Shown here: piece after piece, positions 32,401 to 41,955 of the stretch
Layout of the letters: each line of letters begins with the position of its first letter
How positions within the stretch are numbered: the stretch's first letter is position 1
Assembly: GCA_018238155.1 (NCBI GenBank)
Contig: JABCTZ010000019.1
Span: forward strand, 64,001-128,000
From: Candidatus Heimdallarchaeota archaeon
GTDB lineage: Archaea; Asgardarchaeota; Heimdallarchaeia; JABLTI01
DNA length: 64,000 nt
Direction of reading: 5' to 3'
Program-made: the position numbers and the translations under genes
Notes under the pieces: generated by a model
What the model was told of the DNA's origin: nothing
The model's database searches: none
What the model saw: the letters and a program-made list of their open reading frames with translations, nothing else

Positions 32401-33063
32401 TTGGTATCTTATTGCATCTTCTTTTTCTTTTTCTAGTCTTGCAAGATTCTTCATTGATTCTTCTAATCTTACTGTAGCAATTCGTAATTTCGTTCGTGCA
32501 TCATCAAGGTTTTTCTGAGCCTTTTCCTTTTTTTCATCATAAGAGGCTATCCCAGCAATTTCTTCAAAAAGTCCTCTGACTTGCAAAGGAGACATGTTTG
32601 CAAAATTAGCTATTTCACCTTGTCGAATAACATTGTAACCGTCAATTGAGATGCCGCACATTGCAATAGTATCAATAATTTCACCTCGAGTGATTTTTGA
32701 ACCATTTAGATAATATTCGCTTCTTCCATCAAGATGCACTTTTCTACTGATATGAACTTCATCCGTTGCTATCGGAATTTGTTTTGGTTCTGCAGCGTTG
32801 TCTAGAACTAGAGTGACTCTTGAATTTGAAGCCGTTTTTTGCCCTTCTTTTGTTCCCGAAAAAATTACTCCTGATAACTTATCACTACGAATTGTTTTAG
32901 AACTAAGTTGACCAATTACAAATTGTATTGCATCTGAAATATTGGATTTCCCACAACCATTTGGTCCACTAATAACCGTTAAGCCTTTGGTTAAGTGAAG
33001 TACAACTTTACGACGACCATAACTCTTGAAATTTTCGAGAATTAATCTTTTAATATGAACCAG
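29446..33063 (-). CDS. smc: Chromosome segregation protein SMC (1205 aa, CTG start)
   Basis: Frame extends upstream of the ORF call and includes LENFKSY and Walker A GPNGCGKS; hinge GRVTFLPL, signature LSGGEKS, Walker B LDEID. Confidence 0.96.
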   Translation of the reverse strand: MVHIKRLILENFKSYGRRKVVLHLTKGLTVISGPNGCGKSNISDAIQFVIGQLSSKTIRSDKLSGVIFSGTKEGQKTASNSRVTLVLDNAAEPKQIPIATDEVHISRKVHLDGRSEYYLNGSKITRGEIIDTIAMCGISIDGYNVIRQGEIANFANMSPLQVRGLFEEIAGIASYDEKKEKAQKNLDDARTKLRIATVRLEESMKNLARLEKEKEDAIRYQELTIRIKNTEAKLIHARIRQLKDRIVEIVSKIDDLKEKKKSSEETIDQLTVAIVSYDKKLKEAKAKVKDATTQSFNTLTSEIEELTKNQSINVSNKAQKERELEQLKENKISAKEELNTIQLENSDLASDNLSTKEQLDGTDSTLTKIKEELDLKRQMLETSKTSEVMNQLEEIRSTTAEMNKRRADIESQLAIFNNNINITKSKLSEREKRVVEVAGILATFLSRKAKYTTEISDYNELARKLNVKVSELKTELDTVEQELIENEHNLRDKAINIKQIQTELETTKKIMAEITSRDRGIKLVLEARESGKIQGIYGTIGEICKTHPKYSIALNITAGNRTNHIVVETDEVAAQCVMMVKKAKAGRVTFLPLNKLRPYIITTDIKEKGVIGKAIDLVEFEEKYRKAAEFVFGQAVIVKNLDTARKIGFSYKAITLDGDVVNPSGAITGGFYKARAASKISLIIEEEGKLPDMEEEYEILQEERHRLLEYRTDIAKELNEDLQPQLSDVIRNGDLRERDINIIQEEIEIRSQENIRIQKELEQLSKESEDLEVKIDDLLNSRKDIAITLEKLSESEMKLKEELDTSGIQDVLTEIKIKESQQVEIGDIINDLKMQQFKTSASLETNRKTFEEIQNRIESIEKDEPELVNEVTLLQKTVDEIAAVISQKKEKRDKLISLIEESQNEQERLEEEQANMRISLEEERQEQNQIIIMVERFVNEKSNNEGQIIELEEIAAERDLPYIFAEDEEIDISVLREVITGLKAELDALPEINMKAVSQYEEELELNNELVDKRKFVERDFDAISKAINDIESEKRDKFMAIFNNISKDFNRVFGILSPDGRAKVELEDPDDPFNGGVLISANPGGKKIVSMLSLSGGEKSLTALAMIFAIQRYKPAPFYVLDEIDAFLDLNNVHKVAALIREMSKATQIIVISLRAPMIAAAEKIFGVTAGEDRISQIVTVSLDEVMKIVEKTDLPSEAEIYDY

Positions 33064-33344
33064 TAGTAATTCACCTGCGTGTTGTCCTCACAACATTATA
33101 TCAAATATACATCCGACATTATTTCTCTTATGAAATAATATTACTATTCTTCTAAATGAAACTATTTTTATCTCAGCAAATTCTTTCTCTTTTTAAATGG
33201 TTTTGAGACTTCTACATCAAATTATTTCACTCTTATCAAAAAGGATTGTATTATCCATAACTTATCTTCATATCCCATTTAATTCATTTAAATAAAAAAA
33301 AATGAAGTCGAAGGAAATTACTTTGATAAAATGAATTTCTCCTT

Positions 33345-33707
33345 CTAAATGAGTTTCTCAATTTGAGTAGCAAAAGTTCGTAGATTCTTTTTAATGATTC
33401 CTACTTGGGAACGCGCATCTTCCCCGTAAAATCCCACTAAAATGGCTTTCTTGGAAACAATAATGGTAATATATCCTTCCTCAATTTCACCATCGATGAT
33501 TTTTACTTTCTTCTTATCAAGGGATTCACTAAGTTTTTTCATCGCTCGAACGACAACTGAAGCACTTGAGAGTATAAAGTCATGTTTTAACTCTACAAGA
33601 GTATCTGCCCAAAGCTTTGTTCCATCTAATTTTCCGATTAGGAGACCTTCTAATTCGGGTATTTTATCACGAAATTCTGTTGCTGCATTAACTAATTTTT
33701 CTGACAT
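33345..33707 (-). CDS. Roadblock/LC7-domain protein
   Basis: PELEGLLIGKLDGTKL..A pattern, helix, three strands, C-terminal G....helix. Confidence 0.7.
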   Translation of the reverse strand: MSEKLVNAATEFRDKIPELEGLLIGKLDGTKLWADTLVELKHDFILSSASVVVRAMKKLSESLDKKKVKIIDGEIEEGYITIIVSKKAILVGFYGEDARSQVGIIKKNLRTFATQIEKLI

Positions 33708-33788
33708 AGTTCATCCCGCTCTATCATTCTAATCTTAATAATAATAACTTTTCTTTAGTAACAATTGAGCTTTTATAATTGAATTTAA

Positions 33789-34889
33789 TCATTTGGATAA
33801 AGAATGATAATCTTCCGGGTAGAGTATGAACTCATTGCCCACACATTCTTTCGTTCCAAGAATTATTTGGAGAAAAGAACGCTTATTTTTCACATCTATT
33901 ACTTTTTCAAGCAATCCTCTTATGATGATTTTCTCTCCCTTTATGAAATATCCTGTTAATGCTCCTTCAAAAGAAAGCACTCTTTCTAAAGGCAAATCAG
34001 GTATTTGAGCTGTTTTTGATAGGAACTCACAATTATCAATTTGATAAATTGCAGGATAAGCAAATCCGAGATCACTATTTGTAATTTCACACTCTACATC
34101 TACAGCAAAAATCGGTGAAAATACTTCATCACCATATTTAAATGGTAATTCGGATGGTATTGGACTAAAAACTAGCGATAAATCAGTCTCACCAAATATT
34201 GATAACCATTTTTTCTTAGCTATATATTTGCTTGCTAATTTCATTGGTAAACCAGATTTTTTTGCCATGCTTCTTTCATAACGCATTCTCTTTTGTTGTG
34301 CCATTTCTTTGATCTCAGGAAAAACTTCGTAAATAATAGGGAATTCTTCATTAAAATTCTGTGCAAAGTCATTTCCATAAACAATGAAATCAATGTCTGA
34401 TTTTTTTGTTTGTGCTTTCCAAACAATAGATCCTGTTATACCCATTTTATTGAAAGGAATTTTTAAGTTGTCCCGTAATAATTCAGCTAATTTTTTTACT
34501 TTTGTTTCTATATCATCTAATCTGCTTTCCTCATTTATTATTTCCATCAAACGTTCTTCAGGATAAAAATAACGTTTAATTCGTTTAATTGGCACGGCCA
34601 AAAAATCAACGCTATATACTTCACTATGATAAAAGTAGCTTGGCTCTTTTGTTTTAAAATTAATTAGATTGTCTTGATGCCCTTCTAAACTGTAACTCTT
34701 TAACATCCTTTTATACTTCAAACCAGTCTCTCGAGAGACCCAATGACTTTCCCCGAGATCATATTTTACAATGCAAAGTTTTCTATCTTCAGGATGATGC
34801 CATGTAAGCACTTGACAAATACGATTCTTATCGTCCATAAAATAGTCTAAATGCAATGATTCTCGTTTGAATGTTAAATTTCCATGCAC
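33789..34889 (-). CDS. Archaeal predicted nucleotidyltransferase (COG1665-like)
   Basis: GITGSI.......SDIDFIVYG; C-terminal OB-like GEKIIIRGLLEKV. Confidence 0.82.
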   Translation of the reverse strand: MHGNLTFKRESLHLDYFMDDKNRICQVLTWHHPEDRKLCIVKYDLGESHWVSRETGLKYKRMLKSYSLEGHQDNLINFKTKEPSYFYHSEVYSVDFLAVPIKRIKRYFYPEERLMEIINEESRLDDIETKVKKLAELLRDNLKIPFNKMGITGSIVWKAQTKKSDIDFIVYGNDFAQNFNEEFPIIYEVFPEIKEMAQQKRMRYERSMAKKSGLPMKLASKYIAKKKWLSIFGETDLSLVFSPIPSELPFKYGDEVFSPIFAVDVECEITNSDLGFAYPAIYQIDNCEFLSKTAQIPDLPLERVLSFEGALTGYFIKGEKIIIRGLLEKVIDVKNKRSFLQIILGTKECVGNEFILYPEDYHSLSK

Positions 34890-35044
34890 TGATTAATCAC
34901 CATTGAACAAAAGAATGAGCTGTTCTTCTCAATTTTAAGACTTTCTTCAAATTAAACTATTAATAAAATGAATTGTTTTTTAATGAGAACTTCTAATATC
35001 TCTAGTATAATAACAATTCATCGAACTTTAGAAGTGACTTAGAC

Positions 35045-35863
35045 ATGCCAAAAGTGAAACCAGAAGACGAAGCACAATTATATTTTCTCTCTGGAAAGAA
35101 GGCGTTTGAGGTTGGAAATTCGGATGATGCATTTCAAGATTTAAATTTGGCACTAAAATATTATCATCATTCAACCGAGCACGCAATTTTAGCAGAGATG
35201 CATCGAATGTTAGGAGAACTCTATTATGACAAAGGAAAAATGATTGAATCCCGAAATCATTACAAAAGAGCTTTTCAATCATTTAAGAACTTCAATCAAA
35301 AAATTGGGATGGCCGATTGTTTCGATAAGATAGCAATTACTTTCATATTACAAGGTGAATTAGAACATGCAGAAGATTATCAAGAAAAAGCACTAGATAT
35401 CAGAAAAAACACTCCTGATAAAAGAGGGTTAGCTCGTGGATTAAAAAATCTAGCAATTATAAAATATAAAATGGGCACTGATCTCAAAAAAGCATTAGAA
35501 ATGTTGGACCATGCAATCTCTCTTGCTTCAAAAAGTAAAGAACCTCAGCTAGTTATTAACATCTGTTTAGATAAAGCAAAAGTAGAGATAAAACTCGGAT
35601 TGTTGGAAGAAGCAATGAAAAGTAACGTTATTGCAAGACGATTCAGCAAAAAACATTCATTAAAATTACCAGATGAAAGCCAAGATGAATTTGCTGATTT
35701 ATTGATTCAATTGGGGTTAAATGCTTACGATGATGGGGCAATGGAACAGGCATTAAAATACTTAAAAAATGCCACATTAATTCTAAAAACAAATGATAAA
35801 CAAATATCCTCTTCTATTGCAGATATCATTTCAAAACTGGAGGAAAAATATGTTTCAAATTAA
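35045..35863 (+). CDS. Tetratricopeptide repeat protein
   Basis: Repeated LG..Y...G....A...Y..A pattern. Confidence 0.88.
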   Translation: MPKVKPEDEAQLYFLSGKKAFEVGNSDDAFQDLNLALKYYHHSTEHAILAEMHRMLGELYYDKGKMIESRNHYKRAFQSFKNFNQKIGMADCFDKIAITFILQGELEHAEDYQEKALDIRKNTPDKRGLARGLKNLAIIKYKMGTDLKKALEMLDHAISLASKSKEPQLVINICLDKAKVEIKLGLLEEAMKSNVIARRFSKKHSLKLPDESQDEFADLLIQLGLNAYDDGAMEQALKYLKNATLILKTNDKQISSSIADIISKLEEKYVSN

Positions 35864-35879
35864 TGAAAAAAACTTTTGA

Positions 35880-35984
35880 TGGGCGGGAGGGGATTTGAAC
35901 CCCCGAACTCTTGATTTTTCGCAAAAATAGATTAATCTATTTTTGACCCGAACCAAGTATCATACCGTACTAGACTACCCACCC
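35880..35984 (-). tRNA. tRNA-Pro(CGG) with 31-nt canonical BHB intron (35916..35946)
   Basis: Acceptor GGGTGGG/CCCGCCC, T-loop TTCAAAT, anticodon stem CTTGG/TCAAG; spliced loop UUCGGGA; BHB helix UUCG/CGAA with GGU and AAA bulges; CCA not encoded. Confidence 0.95.
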
Positions 35985-36138
35985 AGGATTACTTCTATCG
36001 TATTTAAATCGTTTAATAAAAAATTTTTTCTATCAATAATAATTGATGTAAATTGTTTCAATTAGTGATAAGAAAGGTTATTAGTTTCACTGTCAGTATT
36101 TTCCTATATAAACAGATGACTGATAGGAGAGCCTTTCC

Positions 36139-36975
36139 ATGAACGGTATAAAAAAAGTAGCTGTCATTTCTCGATTGTCACAAGATAAACACAAGAAATT
36201 AGCTAAAGAAGTTGTTAGCATTTTCGAAAATTATGAAGTCGATGTTTATATGAATGAACCTTTCGCCAAAGTAATGAAGTATTCTAATTCAATATCGATG
36301 GAAAAATTAAACACTGTCGATTTAGTAATCGCTCTAGGTGGGGATGGTACTATTCTATGGACAGCTCGTTATTCTGATGAAGTACCTATTTTTGGAATTA
36401 ACGCGGGTTATCTTGGTTTTCTTACTACAGCCACTTTAGAAAAAAGTGAAATAAGCCTTCAACGGATAATGACAGGTGATTTTGTTCTAGAGCGTTGTAT
36501 GCGTTTGAGGATTCTCTTAGATGGAAAAGCATTATCTACAGCATTAAATGAAGTTTATGTCACCAATGAGAAAAATGCTCAAATATGTAATTTGAATTTT
36601 GAAGTTGATGGATTTGACTTTGGTAATCATAGACTTGATGGTTTACTAGTTTCTACTCCAGTTGGTTCTACTGCTTATGCTCTTTCAGCTGGTGGTTCAA
36701 TAATTGAACCAAAAATCAAAGCAATGCAAATTGTTCCTGTGAATAGCGTTACAAGGCGCATTCGACCTTTTGTTGTTCCAGGTGATTCAAAGGTTACCAT
36801 CTCTATTCCTTCATATTCTACAAAAAAAGTAGCTATTGTTATAGATGGTAATGAAGAAAACAAATTTCCAAGTGACTCTAAACTAGAAGTAACTCAAGCT
36901 AAACGAGAAACAGTTTTTCTCCGATTTCCAGATCATGGATTTTTCAATAGATTGCAAGATAAATTGGGATTCTAA
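36139..36975 (+). CDS. nadK: NAD(+) kinase
   Basis: LGGDGT, GINAGYLGFL, ALNE, DGLLVSTPVGSTAYALSAGG. Confidence 0.96.
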   Translation: MNGIKKVAVISRLSQDKHKKLAKEVVSIFENYEVDVYMNEPFAKVMKYSNSISMEKLNTVDLVIALGGDGTILWTARYSDEVPIFGINAGYLGFLTTATLEKSEISLQRIMTGDFVLERCMRLRILLDGKALSTALNEVYVTNEKNAQICNLNFEVDGFDFGNHRLDGLLVSTPVGSTAYALSAGGSIIEPKIKAMQIVPVNSVTRRIRPFVVPGDSKVTISIPSYSTKKVAIVIDGNEENKFPSDSKLEVTQAKRETVFLRFPDHGFFNRLQDKLGF

Positions 36976-36992
36976 TCACTCGAGGTGAAATT

Positions 36993-37526
36993 GTGTCTGC
37001 AAAGAAAATGAGAAAAAAAGCATTTGTTATTGATGCTTCCGCGATATTTAATGGTGTATTGAGTCATAATCTTCTTGGCAAGAAATATCTCCCACAATGT
37101 GTGACATATGAAATTGAAGGGATGTATCGAGGAGAAGCGCTTTTAGAGGAAATTGCTGTAAAGAAAGATGTAATTATTACTATCCCTGATAAAACAGCTT
37201 TTACCGAAGTGAATAATCAAGCAAATGAAACAGGGGATATTGCGGAGCTTTCTGAATGTGATATGAATGTTGTTGCAATAGCTTATGAATTGCAATTAAA
37301 GAATAATTTAGTAGAAATTATTACTGATGATTATGATATCCAAAACCTAGCAAATCATATGGGTATCTCTTACAAAGGAATATATTGGAAAGGCATAACT
37401 TGGGTACATGAATATACTTGGATCTGTACTGGTTGTAGATTTAAAAGCAAAAAACAAATGGACACTTGTTTCGAATGTGGTTCTTCTATGAAGAAGAAAG
37501 TTCAAAGAAAGAAAAAAAGGAGCTAA
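36993..37526 (+). CDS. nob1: Nob1-like PIN endonuclease with Zn ribbon
   Basis: VIDASAI, ETGD..ELS..D, TDDYDIQNLA, CTGC..CFECG. Confidence 0.92.
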   Translation: MSAKKMRKKAFVIDASAIFNGVLSHNLLGKKYLPQCVTYEIEGMYRGEALLEEIAVKKDVIITIPDKTAFTEVNNQANETGDIAELSECDMNVVAIAYELQLKNNLVEIITDDYDIQNLANHMGISYKGIYWKGITWVHEYTWICTGCRFKSKKQMDTCFECGSSMKKKVQRKKKRS

Positions 37527-37530
37527 TAAC

Positions 37531-38382
37531 ATGTCTCTTAATACTGCGAAGGTAACTAAACGTGGACTAATACTCACTGATTCAAAGAAAATCTCCTTAA
37601 TTGTCCCATTGAAAATCACTCGAGATAAAGTACAAAAAGATGATAATTCTAAAATAGATCTTAATAGACCTCTTTTTCTCCTCCTTGCTGAAAATCTTAG
37701 TAGATATTCTATTATTTTTAATAAGACATCCAAAACTGACTTTGAATTGTTACTGACTTGTTATTTTACTGCATCTCAACAGACAACTCTATTTCAGAAT
37801 TCACAAAATACCTTGAAACGTCTTAGCCTACTTTTATCTGATAATAATTTTAACATTGACCCTCTTTCACCTCAAGATTTTCTTAATCAGATAAAAAATA
37901 AATTACCAAAAAGTATTGTTGAAGTGGCTCCACAAATATATGAAATTGTAACACCAAAAGGTGTCTTTTATCAAACAACAGCAAAATTCTTGATCAATCA
38001 TTTCTTTGAAAAGAAAGCTTTCTTTTCTTTTTTAACTGATTTCTTAGCAATTCTTCCTAATGGATGGACAAGTATAGACATCAAAAATACAAAGAAGCAC
38101 ATCAAAGATAAAATGCAATATATTTCAGAAATTGCAATAACTGTCAATCTTAGCGATTCTGATATGGTATCCTTACAATTAGATCAAAAGAAATTACGCT
38201 CTCTTTTGCAATTTTTTTCCAAGGTTTGGATTGATGAACCTGAAGGTCTGATAACTTTGGTAAAAATCGATGAATTTCAAAAAAATTATGGAAAGATTAT
38301 TTTCGGTCAAGGTTGGAAATTCTTTCCGGTAGATTATGAAGGTATTTTGGATTTCAGTTCACTTTTAAAACTCCTGCCATAA
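37531..38382 (+). CDS. Hypothetical protein
   Basis: 283-aa ORF 4 nt after nob1. Confidence 0.7.
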   Translation: MSLNTAKVTKRGLILTDSKKISLIVPLKITRDKVQKDDNSKIDLNRPLFLLLAENLSRYSIIFNKTSKTDFELLLTCYFTASQQTTLFQNSQNTLKRLSLLLSDNNFNIDPLSPQDFLNQIKNKLPKSIVEVAPQIYEIVTPKGVFYQTTAKFLINHFFEKKAFFSFLTDFLAILPNGWTSIDIKNTKKHIKDKMQYISEIAITVNLSDSDMVSLQLDQKKLRSLLQFFSKVWIDEPEGLITLVKIDEFQKNYGKIIFGQGWKFFPVDYEGILDFSSLLKLLP

Positions 38383-38544
38383 AAATAAACTAATTTAAAA
38401 TAATTCCCCCAACTCAACACAATCTTTTTAATCAATACGTTGTTTTTTGGAGATATCGCAATCGCGTGTTACTGTCACCGTACTCTTTAACAACCTTTTA
38501 TCGTTATTGATGTGCGGTATAAACTACACTAGTAAGTGATTAAT

Positions 38545-39192
38545 ATGGATATAAACAAAACGACAGAAGCCGTTGCTGCTCTTAAAAAAGCATCTAAAAA
38601 ACGAAAGTTTATTGAAAGCATTGATATTGCTGTAAACTTTAAAGATTTAGATCTTAAAGTACCTAGCAACCGTTTTAATTTCCAGACAACCTTACCTCAT
38701 GCTATTCGCAAAAAACCACAAGTAGCTATTTTTGCTTCTGGTGAAATTGCTGTGAATGCTCGCAATGCAGGTGTCAAGACTGTCTTGGGAAAAACTGAAC
38801 TTGAAGCTTTAGGAAAACTTCCTAAAGAAATTAGAAAGTTAGCAAGAGAACATGATTTCTTTCTCGCTGAACCTTCTTTGATGCCTTTGATTGCCCGATT
38901 TCTCGGTAAATATTTGGCTCCTCGAGGAAAGATGCCTCAACCAATTGCGCCAAACGTAGATATTCCCTCTCTTCTTGTACGTTTTACTCGAACGTCTAGA
39001 TTACGTATAAAGGAAAATCCTGTTGTAATTACTAAAGTTGGCACTGTTAAAATGGATAATAAAGCAATAGCTGATAATATTGCCGCAGTTATTCACACTC
39101 TAGAAGCTCGCTTAGAGAAAGGTATGATGAATATACGTTCTGCTAATATTAAGACTACTATGGGTAAGTCGTTTAGAATTGAGGTGCACTAA
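38545..39192 (+). CDS. rpl1: 50S ribosomal protein L1 (uL1)
   Basis: RKFIESIDIAVN, LGKYLAPRGKMP, IKTTMG. Confidence 0.97.
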   Translation: MDINKTTEAVAALKKASKKRKFIESIDIAVNFKDLDLKVPSNRFNFQTTLPHAIRKKPQVAIFASGEIAVNARNAGVKTVLGKTELEALGKLPKEIRKLAREHDFFLAEPSLMPLIARFLGKYLAPRGKMPQPIAPNVDIPSLLVRFTRTSRLRIKENPVVITKVGTVKMDNKAIADNIAAVIHTLEARLEKGMMNIRSANIKTTMGKSFRIEVH

Positions 39193-40200
39193 ATGAGCAA
39201 AGCAGTATATCTCCATGAACCCAACCCAAGCAATAAACGTCAACTGAAAGAATTGGTTGAAATTCTTGGTTCTTACAATAATATTGGGATAACTAAGGTT
39301 GAAAATATTGCCTCTAAGACCATCCAACGTATTCGACATGATATGCGTGGAGAAACTGTTCTCAAAATAGCTAAGAATACTTTGATGCGTTTGGCTCTAG
39401 AAGAAGCAGCTAAAAAAGACAAAGGCTTAAGCAAATTGTTGGATTATATTCAAGGATCATGTGCATTCATTTTCACTAATGGCAATCCATTCAAAGTAGC
39501 AAACTATCTTGAGAAAAAGAAAATTCCAACAGCAGCAAAAGAAGGACAAATCGCTCCAAAAGATATTAGTATCTCTGCAAGGGATACTGGTTTTGCTCCA
39601 GGTCCAGTTATAGGTGAACTTCAATCTATTGGTTTATTAACCAGAATTGAAGGTGGAACCATTAAGATAATTGAAGATGCAGTTGTTTGTAAAGCTGGCG
39701 ACAAAGTCTCCAAGACCTTGACTAACGTTCTTAATCGTTTAGGCATTGAACCTTTCGATGCTGGATTATCTGTTGATGTTATTTATAGCGCAGGTAATCT
39801 AATGGTTCATGATGACCTTATCGTTGATTTCGATGAAATCATGAATAATCTCGTGAAAGCTCATCAAGACGCTGTTGCACTATCCCTTGGTGCTAACATT
39901 CCAATGAAAGAAAATATTGACCAACTACTCGGCAGAACTCTTAGAGAAGCTCTCTCCTTAGCCATTGAAACCAATTTCATTACTCCGGAAACTGCTGGAA
40001 CCATTCTCGCAAAGACACAATTAGAAGCAATGATTCTCGCAAAAGCAATTGCTACACAAGATCCAAGCATTATTCCACCAGAATTACTTGCTGCTACTCA
40101 AGCTGTTGCAGCTACAACTACCACACCTGAACCAAGTACTCCTGAACCTGAAGAAGAGGAAGAAGAAGAAGACTCTGGTATGGGTTCATTGTTTGGTTAG
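39193..40200 (+). CDS. rplP0: 50S ribosomal protein L10/P0 (uL10)
   Basis: KNTLMRLAL, DTGFAPGP, C-terminal EEEEEEEDSGMGSLFG. Confidence 0.97.
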   Translation: MSKAVYLHEPNPSNKRQLKELVEILGSYNNIGITKVENIASKTIQRIRHDMRGETVLKIAKNTLMRLALEEAAKKDKGLSKLLDYIQGSCAFIFTNGNPFKVANYLEKKKIPTAAKEGQIAPKDISISARDTGFAPGPVIGELQSIGLLTRIEGGTIKIIEDAVVCKAGDKVSKTLTNVLNRLGIEPFDAGLSVDVIYSAGNLMVHDDLIVDFDEIMNNLVKAHQDAVALSLGANIPMKENIDQLLGRTLREALSLAIETNFITPETAGTILAKTQLEAMILAKAIATQDPSIIPPELLAATQAVAATTTTPEPSTPEPEEEEEEEDSGMGSLFG

Positions 40201-40222
40201 TTTGTCAAAAATGTTATCTGAC

Positions 40223-40268
40223 TCTCGATTTCCAACAAAAGGAAATTCGAGAAACAATTCTTTTTTTT
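40223..40268 (+). terminator. Hairpin plus T-tract after rplP0
   Basis: TCTCGA-TTTCC / GGAAA-t-TCGAGA stem followed by an oligo-T run. Confidence 0.6.
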
Positions 40269-40390
40269 ATTATTGTTTAATTAGTTCTTAAACTATCTAT
40301 TATGAAATCATCATTCAATCGAAACCTTCATAAGAATAGTAGATTTATCGCTCATATTGAACACGGAACTTTTAAAGGAACCTGGAACAA

Positions 40391-40681
40391 ATGAAAGATA
40401 AAATAGCTGGTTATTCGATATTTCTGTCATCACTGATAGTTTTAGGTGCATATTGGACCTTTACAATATGGGGGCTTGCAGATTGGACAAAAGGAAATTC
40501 ATTCCTCACCAATCAAATTACGATTATTTTGATTGCCGCTCCTATCCTCTTAGGCTTGCTTGTAATTCTTGCTATAGCAGCTTGGATAGGTTGGACTATG
40601 GCAAGAACTCCTCCTCCCGCACCAATAGACCTTGAAGATTTTGAAAGCGTAGAAGAGATCGAGGAAAAAACAGAGAAATAA
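40391..40681 (+). CDS. Small two-TM membrane protein, DPM2-like
   Basis: D..G.....SLI...Y and A.P...GLL...L.....I...M..T pattern; acidic tail after TPPP. Confidence 0.6.
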   Translation: MKDKIAGYSIFLSSLIVLGAYWTFTIWGLADWTKGNSFLTNQITIILIAAPILLGLLVILAIAAWIGWTMARTPPPAPIDLEDFESVEEIEEKTEK

Positions 40682-40827
40682 GGTTTTTATCTTCTTTCCT
40701 TTTTTTTGTTAAAATAATCTATTTATTTCTTTTTTATCTATTTTTTAGCATAAAAGTCACTAAAGTGCTCAATAGCAAATGATATATTTAATGAAAACCT
40801 TTTTTTGTTTAACATCCTATCTTTGTT

Positions 40828-41850
40828 GTGAGTGGATATGAAACGATGGATATACGTAGCATTTCAAGTCAGAATTTAATTCCAATTATTGATCCAACTA
40901 ATCTTCGTCAAAGTCCTGATGAATTTCTTGCGGAGAACGGAGGATTCCTAAGTGAAGTTGCAGTGGTTGGTAAATCCACTTCTGGATTTGTACACTTCCG
41001 GAGTGCAACAGCTCCAACTAATCGAGATACAAATGAATTTTTCTCAACATTTTCAACTATTGCTGATTCAATTGGCATTAAAGTATATGCTATTGTTAAT
41101 GGATTAGCAGATAACTTCTTTGGTAAAAACCCAAGTTATTCTGCGATTAAAGATGGTGGAAATTCAAACAGTAGTTTTGTTGACCCATTTAAAGATTCAT
41201 ATACCACTTACCTGAAATCAATTATTGATGAGGTAAGCAATTATCCAATTCAAGGAATACTCCTTGATAATATTCGTTTTCCTCGTGAGGAATACAGTTT
41301 CTGTGAAAGTTGCAGACGCTCATTTTCTAGCGCATATGGAATTGAACGAATGTTTTCATTAGGTGATATTCAAAGAGATCCCAATTTAGGGGCGGAATGG
41401 CTTAATTGGCGTAAAAATAGAATTGAAACAATTTTACGAGATCTTCAGCAGACACTTACACTGAAAAAAGACTTGTCTGTTTCTATAACAATGGATATTG
41501 ACCCTACGTTAGATGGTCCAATTGGAGCTTTGAAACATTTCGGTCAAGATATAAATGTAATAGGAAATTATGGTATTCCGACAATTCACTTATCTGCTTG
41601 GACTCCATATCCAGCTTCTCCAACTACTCCTGAGTTTAAGCTTTTACAAAAGAATCTAGATTTCGCTAAGAAATATCAAGCTAGAACTCAACAAGATGTC
41701 AATCTTTTCCTATGGGGTGTTGAAGATGAATCTGTTTTACCTTTAATTGATGATCTTAAAAAAGAGATAAAATTCAAGAATATCTTCATACAAAACCACT
41801 GGCCAAGTGACTATCAGAAGCGTAGAGAAATCCATCTCGGTTTAGTTTAA
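40828..41850 (+). CDS. Glycoside hydrolase-like TIM-barrel (GHL10/DUF187-like)
   Basis: FVDP, YPIQGILLDNIRFP, FCESCRRSF, W..WR..RI. Confidence 0.72.
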   Translation: MSGYETMDIRSISSQNLIPIIDPTNLRQSPDEFLAENGGFLSEVAVVGKSTSGFVHFRSATAPTNRDTNEFFSTFSTIADSIGIKVYAIVNGLADNFFGKNPSYSAIKDGGNSNSSFVDPFKDSYTTYLKSIIDEVSNYPIQGILLDNIRFPREEYSFCESCRRSFSSAYGIERMFSLGDIQRDPNLGAEWLNWRKNRIETILRDLQQTLTLKKDLSVSITMDIDPTLDGPIGALKHFGQDINVIGNYGIPTIHLSAWTPYPASPTTPEFKLLQKNLDFAKKYQARTQQDVNLFLWGVEDESVLPLIDDLKKEIKFKNIFIQNHWPSDYQKRREIHLGLV

Positions 41851-41955
41851 ACAATGAAGAAGATGTTTTTCTTATTTCTATTTTTTTCTATTTTGTCACT
41901 ACTCATATATTTATATAGAAAGTTAGAAATAACAAGCAAACATATTTAATTAGTA

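Noticed and set aside
35880-35984. tRNA-Pro as an integration site
   Set aside because: No duplicate of its 3' end seen in the window and the flanks are housekeeping genes
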